From: Bacilli bacterium
Lineage (GTDB): Bacteria > Bacillota_I > Bacilli_A > RF39 > UBA660
Direction: 5' to 3'
Length of the DNA stretch: 64,000 nt
NCBI GenBank assembly: GCA_900769695.1
Contig: CAAGHO010000018.1
Coordinates: 52,790 to 116,789 of the forward strand
Shown: positions 8,595-19,167 of the stretch, in pieces
Position numbering within the stretch: position 1 is the stretch's first letter
Layout: every line of letters starts with the position of its first letter
The notes under the pieces: generated by a model
Databases searched by the model: none
What the model was told of the DNA's origin: nothing
What the model saw: the letters and a program-made list of their open reading frames with translations, nothing else
Program-made: the position numbers and the translations under genes

Positions 8595-9968
8595 TTATTT
8601 ATCACTTTTAGTTAAAACTACCTTTGTAGTATTTTCTTTTCCATTTCTAATATACGTTATTTCAATAGTATCCCCAGGTTTATTCTTGTATAATTCATAT
8701 CTTAAATAAGCAGTATCTTTAACCCTTTCTCCATTTAACTTTGTAATAACATCTCCTGGTTTTAAATCAGATTTACTTGCTCCACTACCTTCGGATATTT
8801 CAACTACTACAGTACCTTCCTTAATACTTTTATCAATTGTAATACCATTTTTACGTAATAGTGTAGAATCAGTAACATTTGCCATACTAATACCTAATAA
8901 TGGCCATTCAATTTTCTTCCCCTTTTCAAGTTCATCAATATGTGCCATAGCTATTTCTATAGGAATAGCAAAGCCCATACCTTCTATCTCATCTTGAACT
9001 AATTTCATAGAGTTAATACCAATTACTTTACCACTAGCATTAACAAGTGGACCACCACTATTTCCAGGATTAATTGCAGCATCTATTTGTAATACTTTCA
9101 TTACCCAATCACTACTACTTGAATTAGAAACACTTACTGATACTAATCTATCTTTACCTGATAAAATTCCTGAAGTTACTGTTCCACGATATTCATATCC
9201 CATAGGTGTACCTACAGTAAAGATTGTATCCCCAACTTTCATATCCTCACTAGAACCAATAGTTGCAACTTGTGGAACTTTATCTTTAGAAATACTCATT
9301 ACAGCTAAATCTAAATATTCATCTCCACCAAGAATTTTAGCTTCTATCTCTTCATCATTAGATAAAACAAGTACAACTTTATCAGCATTTGAAACTACGT
9401 GTTGGTTAGTCATAACATACCCATAATTACTATCTTTTTTATAAATAAATCCAGTTCCTGTTGATTGAACCTCACCATTTTTATATGACTGAACCATTAC
9501 CACAGAATCATAAACATTTTCAATAGCAGCAGCTAAGCTTGATTTTTCATAAACAGTATTTTTTTTCGTATTAGTTATTATTTTATCATTACTACTACTT
9601 GATACTTCTGTATCTAACTTAGATAATAAAGGTGTCCATTTAAGAATTGAAATAACAATTACTGAACCTACAACTATCGCAAGCACCACTGTAAAGAAAA
9701 GTTTTAATAAACTAGGATTTTTTTTCTTTACCTCAAGCTTTTTATTAGTATCTTCCTGCCTAAAACTATCAGTCGAAACTTGTTTTTCTATATTTTCACT
9801 TGTTTGTGCTTTTTCATCTTGTTCTTCTATATCACTAGATTTTTCTTCAAGAGATTCTTCCTTTATAACTTTCTTTTCCTTATTACTTTTATCTGATAAT
9901 TCAGAACTTTCTTTTTCTTCTTTTAACTCTTTATCTTTATCAATACTTTTATTTTCTTTTTCATTCAT
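8595..9968 (-). CDS. htrA: HtrA/DegP-family serine protease with PDZ domain and long acidic N-terminal cytoplasmic extension
   Basis: GTGFIY..MTNQHVV (His), DLAVM (Asp), GNSGGPLVN (Ser); C-terminal PDZ; TM at about residues 85-110, preceded by a K/E/S-rich low-complexity 80 aa. Confidence 0.85.
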   Translation of the reverse strand: MNEKENKSIDKDKELKEEKESSELSDKSNKEKKVIKEESLEEKSSDIEEQDEKAQTSENIEKQVSTDSFRQEDTNKKLEVKKKNPSLLKLFFTVVLAIVVGSVIVISILKWTPLLSKLDTEVSSSSNDKIITNTKKNTVYEKSSLAAAIENVYDSVVMVQSYKNGEVQSTGTGFIYKKDSNYGYVMTNQHVVSNADKVVLVLSNDEEIEAKILGGDEYLDLAVMSISKDKVPQVATIGSSEDMKVGDTIFTVGTPMGYEYRGTVTSGILSGKDRLVSVSVSNSSSSDWVMKVLQIDAAINPGNSGGPLVNASGKVIGINSMKLVQDEIEGMGFAIPIEIAMAHIDELEKGKKIEWPLLGISMANVTDSTLLRKNGITIDKSIKEGTVVVEISEGSGASKSDLKPGDVITKLNGERVKDTAYLRYELYKNKPGDTIEITYIRNGKENTTKVVLTKSDK

Positions 9969-10914
9969 CTTTATCTACACTCCTTTCAATGTTAGCCAAC
10001 TCATTCCAATTTTTAGGAAATCCCATTCTATTTAACACATCATCTATTTTTATTGTTTTTAGATTGTAATCAAGTGTTCTAATTGCATTTTCAATTTCTA
10101 TTGTCATAGACCTATACTTATCTTGATCTAATAATTGCCTCATTATAATTAATAGAGCAAAAACGTCATTCTTACCATAAATGTATTCACCATCTTGTTT
10201 AGGTATATCAAGTAGTTTATGATAAATAGTATCATCAATTAGTTTCTGAGTTTTATTTTCATATAAAATATCTTCATGAGCACATAAATTACGATAATTA
10301 GATAAGAATGGTAAGTAAGTAGCAAATGTATCTACATCTAAATTATAAATATCACTTATAGCTTTTTGATCTTCATCTTTCAAAACTAAAAACAATTCAC
10401 AAACTATTCCAAATGATAAAACCTTTACTAAAATCCATAATGGAATATACCCATAATTAGACGCATAATGTTGAGTAGCAGTATGTTGATTTCCATTAAT
10501 ACGTATTTGTCTTTTCATCTTTTTTAATAAATCATTTAGTTGTCGCTGTTTATCTGGTCTTCTTGTAAAGTTTTTATTTCTTAAATAATCACTTTCTCTA
10601 TAACCATATTTTTTTGATAATTGATAAGAAAAAATAGATTTAAAATTATTCTCAATAATAAGCAAATTTTTAAATAAAATATTTCTGAATGTTCTATCAA
10701 ATAGAAATAAGCTATATAATTCTTCAAAAGTTGTTCCATCTTTATAAACTCTGTTTGAATTAGATATCATAAATAGATGTCTATAGCCATTTAAAAAGAA
10801 ATAATTTTCTCTTAAAAGTACACTTTTAGTATAATCTTCATTAGTTATTACCATGTGCTTTTGCTTTAAAATTTCTACTTGCTCATCAAGAGTTTTAAAA
10901 TGTTTATCTATCAT
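9961..10914 (-). CDS. Abi_2 family abortive-infection protein (AbiD/AbiF-like)
   Basis: N-terminus MIDKHFKTLDEQVEILKQKHMVITNEDYTKSVLLRENYFFLNGYRHLF matches the Abi_2 (AbiD/AbiD1/AbiF) signature ..F.TidEQi.lLk.rGl.i.d...a...L...nYY.l.gY...F; 317 aa is the typical size. Confidence 0.7.
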   Translation of the reverse strand: MIDKHFKTLDEQVEILKQKHMVITNEDYTKSVLLRENYFFLNGYRHLFMISNSNRVYKDGTTFEELYSLFLFDRTFRNILFKNLLIIENNFKSIFSYQLSKKYGYRESDYLRNKNFTRRPDKQRQLNDLLKKMKRQIRINGNQHTATQHYASNYGYIPLWILVKVLSFGIVCELFLVLKDEDQKAISDIYNLDVDTFATYLPFLSNYRNLCAHEDILYENKTQKLIDDTIYHKLLDIPKQDGEYIYGKNDVFALLIIMRQLLDQDKYRSMTIEIENAIRTLDYNLKTIKIDDVLNRMGFPKNWNELANIERSVDKDE

Positions 10915-11015
10915 ATTCTCACCTACTATAAATTATACCATACATATCTAATAATAAATATGAAAATTTCATGAATTTTTGTGTTATCATATAATTAATC
11001 GAAAGGAATGATTAG

Positions 11016-11981
11016 ATGCCCGCAACTATTACTCATGCTTATTTTGCTGAAGATTTATTTAATATTTTAGATAAAAATACAAAAAAATTAATAAGTAATA
11101 AGAAAAAAGAACTAATGATGTTTTCTCAAAATACTGATCCCTTAATGTTTTATATATTAACACTAAAAAATGGAAAGGAAATAAGAAAATTACAGTTTGT
11201 TGCGCATACAGAAAAAACTAATTTATTTTTTGAGAATACAATTAAATATATTAAAAAAAATAAATATTATAATAATCCTGATGTTTTAGTATTTTTATAT
11301 GGATTCATTTGTCATTTTGCTTTAGATAGTAGAACTCATCCTTTTATTGTATATAAAACTGGCTATTTTATAAAAGAAGATAAAAAAACTTATAAATATA
11401 ATGGTCTGCATAACAATATGGAAGCCTATTTAGATAACTATATGCTTGAAAAACACCATATTTCTAGAATAGATTTTAAAAAATTTTGCTTTTCATTAGA
11501 ACCATTTACTGAAGAATTAAATGAAGTTATTTCTTATACATTTAAAAAGACTTATAATGTAGAAAATATGGATAAGATTTATTATAGTTCATTAAAACAA
11601 ATGAATTTTTTCCTTACAACATTCAGACTTGATCCACATAAATATAAAAGTTATATATATAGATTCATTGATAAATTTACATCAAAAAAAACATTCAAAC
11701 TAGAGCCAGTTTCCTATAACATAAGAAATAAAAATATAGATTATCTTAACAATAATCATAAAGAATGGAACTATCCTGTTGATAGAACAATTAAAAGTCA
11801 TAAAAATTTTGATGAGTTATACCAAAATTCATTAATAGAAGCTAAAAAATTAATTGAAGCTGTCAATGATTATTTTTTTAAAGATACATCTTTAAATATA
11901 AATTCACTATTTCATAATAGAAGTTATTTAACAGGTATAGATTGTAAAAGTAAAAATAAACAAATATATTTTGAATTTTAG
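11016..11981 (+). CDS. Zinc-dependent phospholipase C-like / P1-nuclease-superfamily hydrolase (tentative)
   Basis: N-terminal TITHAYFAEDLF and HFALDSRTHPF resemble the Zn-PLC-like W/T-H ... H..D...P.H metal-ligand motifs; no TM segment. Confidence 0.35.
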   Translation: MPATITHAYFAEDLFNILDKNTKKLISNKKKELMMFSQNTDPLMFYILTLKNGKEIRKLQFVAHTEKTNLFFENTIKYIKKNKYYNNPDVLVFLYGFICHFALDSRTHPFIVYKTGYFIKEDKKTYKYNGLHNNMEAYLDNYMLEKHHISRIDFKKFCFSLEPFTEELNEVISYTFKKTYNVENMDKIYYSSLKQMNFFLTTFRLDPHKYKSYIYRFIDKFTSKKTFKLEPVSYNIRNKNIDYLNNNHKEWNYPVDRTIKSHKNFDELYQNSLIEAKKLIEAVNDYFFKDTSLNINSLFHNRSYLTGIDCKSKNKQIYFEF

Positions 11982-12017
11982 TATAAGATAAATATATTCT
12001 TACCATAATATCTATAG

Positions 12018-13082
12018 GTGAAGAATATGTTTTATAGATATGAAATTAAAAATAATGGTAGAGAAGATATATTATATTTATATTTAACTATGACTTATGA
12101 ATTTTCTAAAGAATTAGATAATAAAAATGATAATTCAAATATACTAGAAAAAACTAAAGAATTTATAAATAATAATAGTATTGAATATAATGGTGATAAA
12201 GTTTATTTAGTAGTAGATGGAATTATAATTAAAACATTTAATATCAACAAACAATATACAGTTAAAGATGTATCTAAAGGAAATAAATATTTAAACGATA
12301 ATTACATTGTTAAAATTAAATATGATAATGATAAATATGAATCCATGACTCTAAAAAATTATTTATTAGGTGTAATTGCTACTAACAAGATAAAAGATTT
12401 AGAATTAACAACTTTGAAATCACTATGTGTGCTATATAGAACATATGCATATAAAGAAATGGAAGAACATAATTATATTAGTGTTAGTAATCCTTATCAA
12501 ATATATAAACCAATATCATATTATAAAATATTTTGGTTAGATAAATATCAAGATAACTACAATATCATCAATAAATCAATAGAAGATACAGATGGTGAAT
12601 TTGTAACATATCATGACAAATATATATATCCATTCACTCATATATGTAACAACGGATATACAAGAAAAAGCAATAAATATAAATATCTAGAGAGAAAAAG
12701 TAGTTTATGGGATTATGCTTCTCCTTACTATTTAGAAATAAAAGACTATAATTACAATGAACTAAAAGAAATATTTAGAGAAAATGAAGAAACGATTAAA
12801 AGTGTAAAAATAATTGAAACAAACGAGAGTAATCAAATAGAAAAAATCAGAATTGGAAGCAAGAATTATAGTGGTGAACATTTTAGAGCTTTATTAAATT
12901 TAAAATCAAGCGATATTACCTTAATTATTAATCCAACATTTATTAGATGTATTACAAAGGGTTGGGGAAATCAATATGGACTAAGTCAATTTGGAGCTAA
13001 TGAAATAGCTAAAAATGGTGGTAATTATCTAAATATAATTAAGTACTATTTTAAAGATATAGTAATAAAAAAATACAAGTAA
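12018..13082 (+). CDS. SpoIID/LytB domain protein
   Basis: LKNYLLGVIATN..LKSLCVLYRTYAY (eeYl.GVv..E...ealkAqa.aaRTYa) and C-terminal GWGNQYGLSQFGANEIAKNGGNYLNIIKYYF (GhGvGmsQ.GA..mA..G..y..IL..YY). Confidence 0.65.
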   Translation: MKNMFYRYEIKNNGREDILYLYLTMTYEFSKELDNKNDNSNILEKTKEFINNNSIEYNGDKVYLVVDGIIIKTFNINKQYTVKDVSKGNKYLNDNYIVKIKYDNDKYESMTLKNYLLGVIATNKIKDLELTTLKSLCVLYRTYAYKEMEEHNYISVSNPYQIYKPISYYKIFWLDKYQDNYNIINKSIEDTDGEFVTYHDKYIYPFTHICNNGYTRKSNKYKYLERKSSLWDYASPYYLEIKDYNYNELKEIFRENEETIKSVKIIETNESNQIEKIRIGSKNYSGEHFRALLNLKSSDITLIINPTFIRCITKGWGNQYGLSQFGANEIAKNGGNYLNIIKYYFKDIVIKKYK

Positions 13083-13085
13083 TAA

Positions 13086-13115
13086 AAAACTTCTAGAATA
13101 TTCTAGAAGTTTTTA
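13086..13115. terminator. Bidirectional rho-independent terminator (perfect 30-nt palindrome)
   Basis: aaaaacttctagaatattctagaagttttt; A-run, 10-bp stem, T-run; lies between convergent stops at 13082 (+) and 13144 (-). Confidence 0.8.
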
Positions 13116-13143
13116 GCTTCACAAAATAACTAATTTGTTTTTT

Positions 13144-13368
13144 TTATTTGTTTTTCTCAATCATATACAATAATGCCTCATCAGCATCCTTATTTAGAGT
13201 AATACTACTATCAATAAATTTAGCATAAGAATCAAGACTATTACAAAATTCTAATACTCCAGATAAATCTTCGCTATATTTATCTGCTATTTTTCTAATT
13301 GTAGAAGAAGAATTTAAAAGACTATCACTCAATTTCTTAGCTTCATCATAACTAATTGAACCTAACAC
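13144..13368 (-). CDS. Small helical protein downstream of esaB (possible T7SS small substrate/chaperone; alternative GTG start)
   Basis: 74-aa ORF starting at GTG, located 2 nt after the stop of the preceding 59-aa ORF and in a different frame; no WXG motif. Confidence 0.3.
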   Translation of the reverse strand: MLGSISYDEAKKLSDSLLNSSSTIRKIADKYSEDLSGVLEFCNSLDSYAKFIDSSITLNKDADEALLYMIEKNK

Positions 13369-13370
13369 AA

Positions 13371-13550
13371 CTATACCTTCTTTCTACTTTCTTGCTCTAA
13401 AAAATCAGCACCCTGTATAACTATTTTTTTAAATTGATTGATCTCATCTATATGATTTAAACTATCATTATTAGACCAAGAATTTTTTAACTTTTCCAAA
13501 ATAGAAAATATATTATTTACTTCTTTTACATAATTTTCATATTCATTCAT
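13371..13550 (-). CDS. Small helical protein (59 aa), possible T7SS-associated; may be one frameshifted gene with 13144..13368
   Basis: ATG at 13550 preceded by GGAGG (ggaggtattactATG); translation MNEYENYVKEVNNIFSILEKLKNSWSNNDSLNHIDEINQFKKIVIQGADFLEQESRKKV; not listed in the ORF track (<60 aa). Confidence 0.3.
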   Translation of the reverse strand: MNEYENYVKEVNNIFSILEKLKNSWSNNDSLNHIDEINQFKKIVIQGADFLEQESRKKV

Positions 13551-13561
13551 AGTAATACCTC

Positions 13562-13828
13562 CTATATCAAAATAATTCTAGAACCATTTTTTAAATCAGT
13601 ATCAATAACTTTTTTATTAACATCATATATTTGACCAGATGTTTTACTATAAAAATTACTATCATCTTTTATTTGAAAATCATCACTAGCTAAATCAAGA
13701 ATTCCTTTTTCAATTAGTTTTTTTATTGTACCTATTCTCTTACTAACAGGAACAAAAACATCATATTCTTTTTCAATTGATGGAACATATACTTCTAATA
13801 ATATTTTATTACTTTCCATGTAAATCAC
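13562..13828 (-). CDS. esaB: Type VII secretion ubiquitin-like protein EsaB/YukD
   Basis: 88 aa, KILLEVYVPSIEKEYDVFVPVSKRIGTIKKLIEKGI...DLKNGSRIILI follows the YukD/EsaB beta-grasp pattern; start abuts the essC stop (13828/13829). Confidence 0.6.
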   Translation of the reverse strand: MIYMESNKILLEVYVPSIEKEYDVFVPVSKRIGTIKKLIEKGILDLASDDFQIKDDSNFYSKTSGQIYDVNKKVIDTDLKNGSRIILI

Positions 13829-16800
13829 CTATTCTTCTATAATCTTAACAAGAGTTGCTTTTCCGTTTTTTATAACATAACCGAAATTTTCTGGTATTTC
13901 TTCGCGTAATTCACGAGGAGTTGAAGCTAGTTTTAGAACATATTGATCAGCTATACCATTAGCTAACCAGATACCTTCAGTAGTATCTACAGCAGATTTA
14001 TACCACTCATCATATGCAAAAGATTTTAATTTATCAGCATTTTCAATAACAATAAAGTGATCTACTGAAATTTCTTTACTTCCTGCTAAAACTGTAGTCA
14101 ATTTAGTTTTAACATCTTCACTTACCCTACCAAGTAAATTAGATATCCCAAAGATAAGGTACGTTGTTTTAGGAAACTTATTCAAAACTGCATCATTATA
14201 GTTATTACTTTCATATTCTTGTTTTTGCCTACTATAGTTATTGTATATAGTATCTATTATTGCTTCGAATTTTGAATTAACATAATTTTCAGTTATTTCT
14301 CCATTAACAAACAGCTTACTTGCATCTATAACAACCACTTTTTGATAAGGAACTTTACCAAATAATTTTACTAATTGAATAAAGAAATTAGTTTGGTTCA
14401 TAATATCATTAGCAGTTATCAAAGAGATAGAATCAGCTTCAAAATTATATGTAGCTATATCTAAATTATCTTTTCTAATACCTATTGGAATAGTTGAAAG
14501 ACTTCCGATTTTTTCTTCTACATTTTCTATAGTAACTACTTCTGGTAAAATTGGAATTTTAGCAGCTGCAGTAGAACATATTTTTCTAAGTCTTTGAGAT
14601 ATAACCTTTATAAATTCGGTTAAACGTTCATTTTGATATGCATAAGCTGTTTGAAATTCATATACATTATCAAGTTCTATCAAACCTCTACCAAAAATTT
14701 TTGATGGTTCCTTTCTACTACGAGTTTGCAATACATCACTATAGTCAGAAGAATCATTAAATTGTAAAATTAAATTCTGCTTGAAGTTTTGTCTTAAACG
14801 ATATCTAATAGCATTGGTACTACTAGTTGTTAAAATAAAGACAACTCCGAACTTTCCTCCTTCACGGGTCAATTGAGATAAATATTCTTCATAACCACCA
14901 TACATTTCTGAGAAAGCTTCATAATTATTGATAATTATTGTAACTAAAGGTAATTTCTTATTACTATGTTCATTGTAAAAATTAAATGAACCATTATAAT
15001 CTGCAAAAATACGTTTTCTTTCTTCAATTATATCAACTATCATTTTAAATAAATTTTCTATTTTTTCTTTATCAATAGAGCTTAAAATCCCACCAATTTG
15101 AGGCGCTTTTTCAAACATTTTTAAAGTTTCTGCACCAAAATCTAAAACATAAAAATTTATTTCTTCTGGATTATAAGTAGTAATTGCTGAATAAATAATA
15201 CTTGACAATAAAAGTTCCTTACCACTACCACTTGAACCAAAAATTATTGTATTTCCTTCTTCTGAAAGGGGTAATGTTAAAATATTTTGACTTTGATTAT
15301 CAGGATCATCATATTCTCCAATCACTAGTTCTATTTGATTAGTTTTGATTTGATAATTATATTTTTTCTTTAATTCTTCAATATATACAAAATCAGGAAT
15401 TCTATCCAACCACAATTGAGAAATAGAAATATTTTCCTCTTTTGCTACATTGACTATATACTTAATAATATTAGGTAATTCTTCTCCCTCAGATTTAATT
15501 TGTGGAAGATTATCAGAAGTATCAAATGATTTTATAACAGATCCAACACTATCTATAAAATCTACTCCTGTATCTATCTTTTTCTTTCTCTTTTCTGTAG
15601 GATAATATTGTGCACCCGCCCAAGCTGATTGACCTAAAGCAAATAATTCGTTATATCCTACTTGAAGATAGAATCGTCCAGGATTTTTTAAAGCTGCAGC
15701 ATCCGGACACTTAATCATATCCATACTATCTGATCTGTCCTGTACTTTTAAACATATTTTAAATTTAGAGTTTGACCATATTTGATCATCAACTACACCG
15801 GCAGGTTTTTGAGTTGCAAGTATTAAATGGACACCTAAACTACGTCCAATACGAGCTGTTGAAATCAATTGATCCATAAATTCTGGTCGTTGAGATTTCA
15901 ATTCTGCAAATTCATCAGAAATGATAAATAAATGAGAAATAGGTTCTTTGACTTTACCTTCGCGATATAATCTTTGGTATTTATAAATATCTATAGTACT
16001 CTCATTCAAACTATCACGAGCCTCATTGAATTTTCTCTGTCTTCTTCTAAGCTCACTTTGAATAGAAGCTAATGCTCTATTCATTTCAATTGTATCCAAG
16101 TTTGTAATAGTACCAGCTAAGTGTGGAAGTTTTGTACCAGTTTCCTTATTTTGAAACACACCAGCTAATCCTCCACCTTTATAATCGATTAAAACAAAAG
16201 AAGCTTCATAAGGATTAAAATTAATAGCCATAGACAAAATATACGATATAATTAGTTCACTCTTACCAGAACCAGTCATACCAGCAACTAATCCATGAGG
16301 TCCATAAAATTTTTCATGTAAATCAAGTTTAAATTGTTCACCATTTTTATCAACACCTATCGGAACCTGCAATGATTTTGTTGGGTCATTTTGTTTCCAA
16401 CGATTTAAAATATTTAATTGTTCTACCATACCAACATTATACATTTCAAGGAAACTAACAACATTTGGAATATTTTTTTCTTCTTTAGCAATATCAATTG
16501 GTATATTAGCAAGTTTTTGACAATAAAGATTCATATCTAAATTATTATCATAGTCAGCTACAAACTCTTTTTGTTTATTAGAAACTAATTCATTTTCAAA
16601 AATACCTGACTTTTGATCACCAATACTTATAAATGTTTTACATTCATTTGGTAAATTAGTAAGCCTTGGACTTATAATCGCTAAACTGAAACCATAATTT
16701 GTTTCCTGAGCAGCTACATCTTTTATAATTTCCAAATCTCTTACCATTTTATAATCATCTGTAATAATCATATAATAAGGAGAATAATCAGCATAATCTT

Positions 16801-18442
16801 TATCTTCAATTCTAATTGAAATTTCATTTTCTTGTTTGCATCTTCTTTGAAATTCTTTTTCTAAATACAATGATAACTCCTTCATATCGTCATTATTTGT
16901 AGCGAAAAATCTCAAAGATTTATCATTATTCCAACAATGAGGTAGTACTTTCAAGTATTCCCATTTAGATACATTCTTTTGATTAGTAAATAGAACTATT
17001 TTTAAATCTTCATAGCTATGAAATGCTATCATCTGAAGAATTAATCCCTCAATAAATTTCTGTTTTTGATGACCTTCACCTATAATTGCACATATATAAT
17101 TTTTGATAAAAGATAATGATATTGGAACATCTACAAGTAATCTTGATTCAGAAGCTACTTTATAAACTAATTCTTTAAGATTATCTTCTTCTAACGTAAA
17201 TTTTCGTTCAGGAAATTTAATATTACCAACTAATTCTGTTGAACCTATACCAAGTCTTAAATCAAGAAAATCATCTTGTTTTATTTCTCTTTCCCATAGA
17301 TTTCTTTTCTTATTTAAAATAATTTTCTTTACCTCTTCTAATGGCAAATAATTATCAATTAAAACTTGTCGTTGAATCTTCATCTGAGAAGCAATTTCTT
17401 GATGACGTTTTTCAATATATTCTGTGTATTTATCTTGTCGTAATTTTTCTTTTTTAGCAACCTGTTTTTTTTGATATTTGGCAGAAAGTAAAGGCCATAA
17501 AAGCATAGAAAGAAGCATTCCAACAGACATTACAAGTGTCGGCATAGCACTACTTAACTCCTGTGTACCATTAATAACACCAGAAATAGATGTATAACCA
17601 AAGGCAACTGAACTCATTGCCATTGTAAACATCGGACCAACTACATAAATCATTGGCATTTCATTAGGTTTTTCTTTTCCAGGAGGATCATCAACAGTAA
17701 TATTTACCGGTTCTATTTTTGATTTAAAACGAGGCGATCTAAAGAAATAATCATTCTCTGTATAAAAATCTATACTTTCATCTTCTATAACATCATCTTC
17801 AGTCTGATGTTGAATTATTGGATTCATAATTGAGAAAGTATTACTATCAAATCTAATATTATCACCAATAGAATTAACCACAACGAAATCTCTCATAATA
17901 ACTATTTTTAATCCCATTATGAAGATACTATCACCATATTCTAAATTTTTAGTAGTGACAGCAACATTATTGACGTAAGTACCATATTTACTATTTAAGT
18001 CTTGTATTGCCCAACTACCATTATTATATATAAGTTTAGCATGTTGTTTAGAAACTAATGTATGATTATAATTTATATGAGCATTAAAATCATTTCCAAT
18101 AATTATTTCACCATTACGAATAACTTGAATTTTATTTTCCTTTTGATTGCCAGATTGTGAACAATATAAAATAACAAATTCATTATCTGTATTTATTTTC
18201 AAAAAATATAAACTATTTTCTACTAAATAAGCAGAATCAATCTCTTGATTTCCAGACATTACCTTTGTTTCAAAGTCACTCTTTATTTTCCATTTACCGT
18301 CTTCTGCTTCAATATTTATAAGATTTCTATTGTTACCAGATCTATCATCATCTGTCAACCAATAATTACCAGCAACTTTAGTTGGTAAAGAAAAATTATA
18401 CATTTTTGATTTTTTAATTAATCTAACAATCACTGGTACCAC
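13829..18442 (-). CDS. essC: Type VIIb secretion FtsK/SpoIIIE-family ATPase EssC (YukB-like)
   Basis: 1537 aa; two N-terminal FHA domains (second: VSKQHAKLIYNNGSWAIQDLNSKYGTYVNN); 2 TM at about 260-320; three FtsK/SpoIIIE-type NTPase domains. D1 has a canonical Walker A (GLVAGMTGSGKSE); D2 is degenerate (GSSGSGKE); D3 lacks a P-loop. Confidence 0.9.
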   Translation of the reverse strand: MVPVIVRLIKKSKMYNFSLPTKVAGNYWLTDDDRSGNNRNLINIEAEDGKWKIKSDFETKVMSGNQEIDSAYLVENSLYFLKINTDNEFVILYCSQSGNQKENKIQVIRNGEIIIGNDFNAHINYNHTLVSKQHAKLIYNNGSWAIQDLNSKYGTYVNNVAVTTKNLEYGDSIFIMGLKIVIMRDFVVVNSIGDNIRFDSNTFSIMNPIIQHQTEDDVIEDESIDFYTENDYFFRSPRFKSKIEPVNITVDDPPGKEKPNEMPMIYVVGPMFTMAMSSVAFGYTSISGVINGTQELSSAMPTLVMSVGMLLSMLLWPLLSAKYQKKQVAKKEKLRQDKYTEYIEKRHQEIASQMKIQRQVLIDNYLPLEEVKKIILNKKRNLWEREIKQDDFLDLRLGIGSTELVGNIKFPERKFTLEEDNLKELVYKVASESRLLVDVPISLSFIKNYICAIIGEGHQKQKFIEGLILQMIAFHSYEDLKIVLFTNQKNVSKWEYLKVLPHCWNNDKSLRFFATNNDDMKELSLYLEKEFQRRCKQENEISIRIEDKDYADYSPYYMIITDDYKMVRDLEIIKDVAAQETNYGFSLAIISPRLTNLPNECKTFISIGDQKSGIFENELVSNKQKEFVADYDNNLDMNLYCQKLANIPIDIAKEEKNIPNVVSFLEMYNVGMVEQLNILNRWKQNDPTKSLQVPIGVDKNGEQFKLDLHEKFYGPHGLVAGMTGSGKSELIISYILSMAINFNPYEASFVLIDYKGGGLAGVFQNKETGTKLPHLAGTITNLDTIEMNRALASIQSELRRRQRKFNEARDSLNESTIDIYKYQRLYREGKVKEPISHLFIISDEFAELKSQRPEFMDQLISTARIGRSLGVHLILATQKPAGVVDDQIWSNSKFKICLKVQDRSDSMDMIKCPDAAALKNPGRFYLQVGYNELFALGQSAWAGAQYYPTEKRKKKIDTGVDFIDSVGSVIKSFDTSDNLPQIKSEGEELPNIIKYIVNVAKEENISISQLWLDRIPDFVYIEELKKKYNYQIKTNQIELVIGEYDDPDNQSQNILTLPLSEEGNTIIFGSSGSGKELLLSSIIYSAITTYNPEEINFYVLDFGAETLKMFEKAPQIGGILSSIDKEKIENLFKMIVDIIEERKRIFADYNGSFNFYNEHSNKKLPLVTIIINNYEAFSEMYGGYEEYLSQLTREGGKFGVVFILTTSSTNAIRYRLRQNFKQNLILQFNDSSDYSDVLQTRSRKEPSKIFGRGLIELDNVYEFQTAYAYQNERLTEFIKVISQRLRKICSTAAAKIPILPEVVTIENVEEKIGSLSTIPIGIRKDNLDIATYNFEADSISLITANDIMNQTNFFIQLVKLFGKVPYQKVVVIDASKLFVNGEITENYVNSKFEAIIDTIYNNYSRQKQEYESNNYNDAVLNKFPKTTYLIFGISNLLGRVSEDVKTKLTTVLAGSKEISVDHFIVIENADKLKSFAYDEWYKSAVDTTEGIWLANGIADQYVLKLASTPRELREEIPENFGYVIKNGKATLVKIIEE

Positions 18443-18510
18443 CCATTCTATCTTTTTATTCTATTTTATTATATCTTTTTTTTATTTTTTTTACAACCAG
18501 TAATTACTAA

Positions 18511-19167
18511 TTAATTGAAGTATTTTATAACCCCTTCTACAAGAGCTTTAGAAAATTTTTCTTGATACCACTTAGTTTTTAATAAATAACGATCATTTTT
18601 GCTAGAAAGAAAACCACATTCTACTAAGACGCCTACTACATTAGTATTCCTATACATATAAAGATTTGTCGTTTTTAAATCTCTTGTTTTTATATTATTA
18701 TTGGTTAAGGATTCTTTTAAATTAGTAGCTAAAACTTTATTATTTTTGTTGATACTATTATATAGTATTTCTGCTCCTCCATAATAATAATCTTTATACC
18801 AATTTAGATGAATAGATAAATATAAATCACTTTCCTTTTCCTCAATAAAATTAACTCTTCTTCTTAAATCAGCTCTTTTCTTACGATAATCACTTGTTTT
18901 TGACAAATCCTCATCTTCATCTCTTGTCATATAAACAATAGCACCTTGTTTTAAAAGTTCCTTTTCTAAAACCTTAGCTATTTCCAAGTTCAAATCTTTT
19001 TCTAAGGTGTTTCCATACCTAGTGCCAGGATCCCTACCTCCATGTCCAGCATCTACAACAATTACTTTTTGAAAAAGAGGAAGTTCTTTAGCAGATATTA
19101 CCTGAAAAGAAATAACAAGTAGAAAAAAACATATTAATATTAAAGTTCTATATTTATTTTTTAACAT
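18511..19167 (-). CDS. N-acetylmuramoyl-L-alanine amidase (Amidase_3, CwlD-like) with signal peptide
   Basis: Signal LILICFFLLVISFQVISA; VVDAGHGGRDPG; LYLSIHLNWY; 218 aa, full-length domain. Confidence 0.8.
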   Translation of the reverse strand: MLKNKYRTLILICFFLLVISFQVISAKELPLFQKVIVVDAGHGGRDPGTRYGNTLEKDLNLEIAKVLEKELLKQGAIVYMTRDEDEDLSKTSDYRKKRADLRRRVNFIEEKESDLYLSIHLNWYKDYYYGGAEILYNSINKNNKVLATNLKESLTNNNIKTRDLKTTNLYMYRNTNVVGVLVECGFLSSKNDRYLLKTKWYQEKFSKALVEGVIKYFN

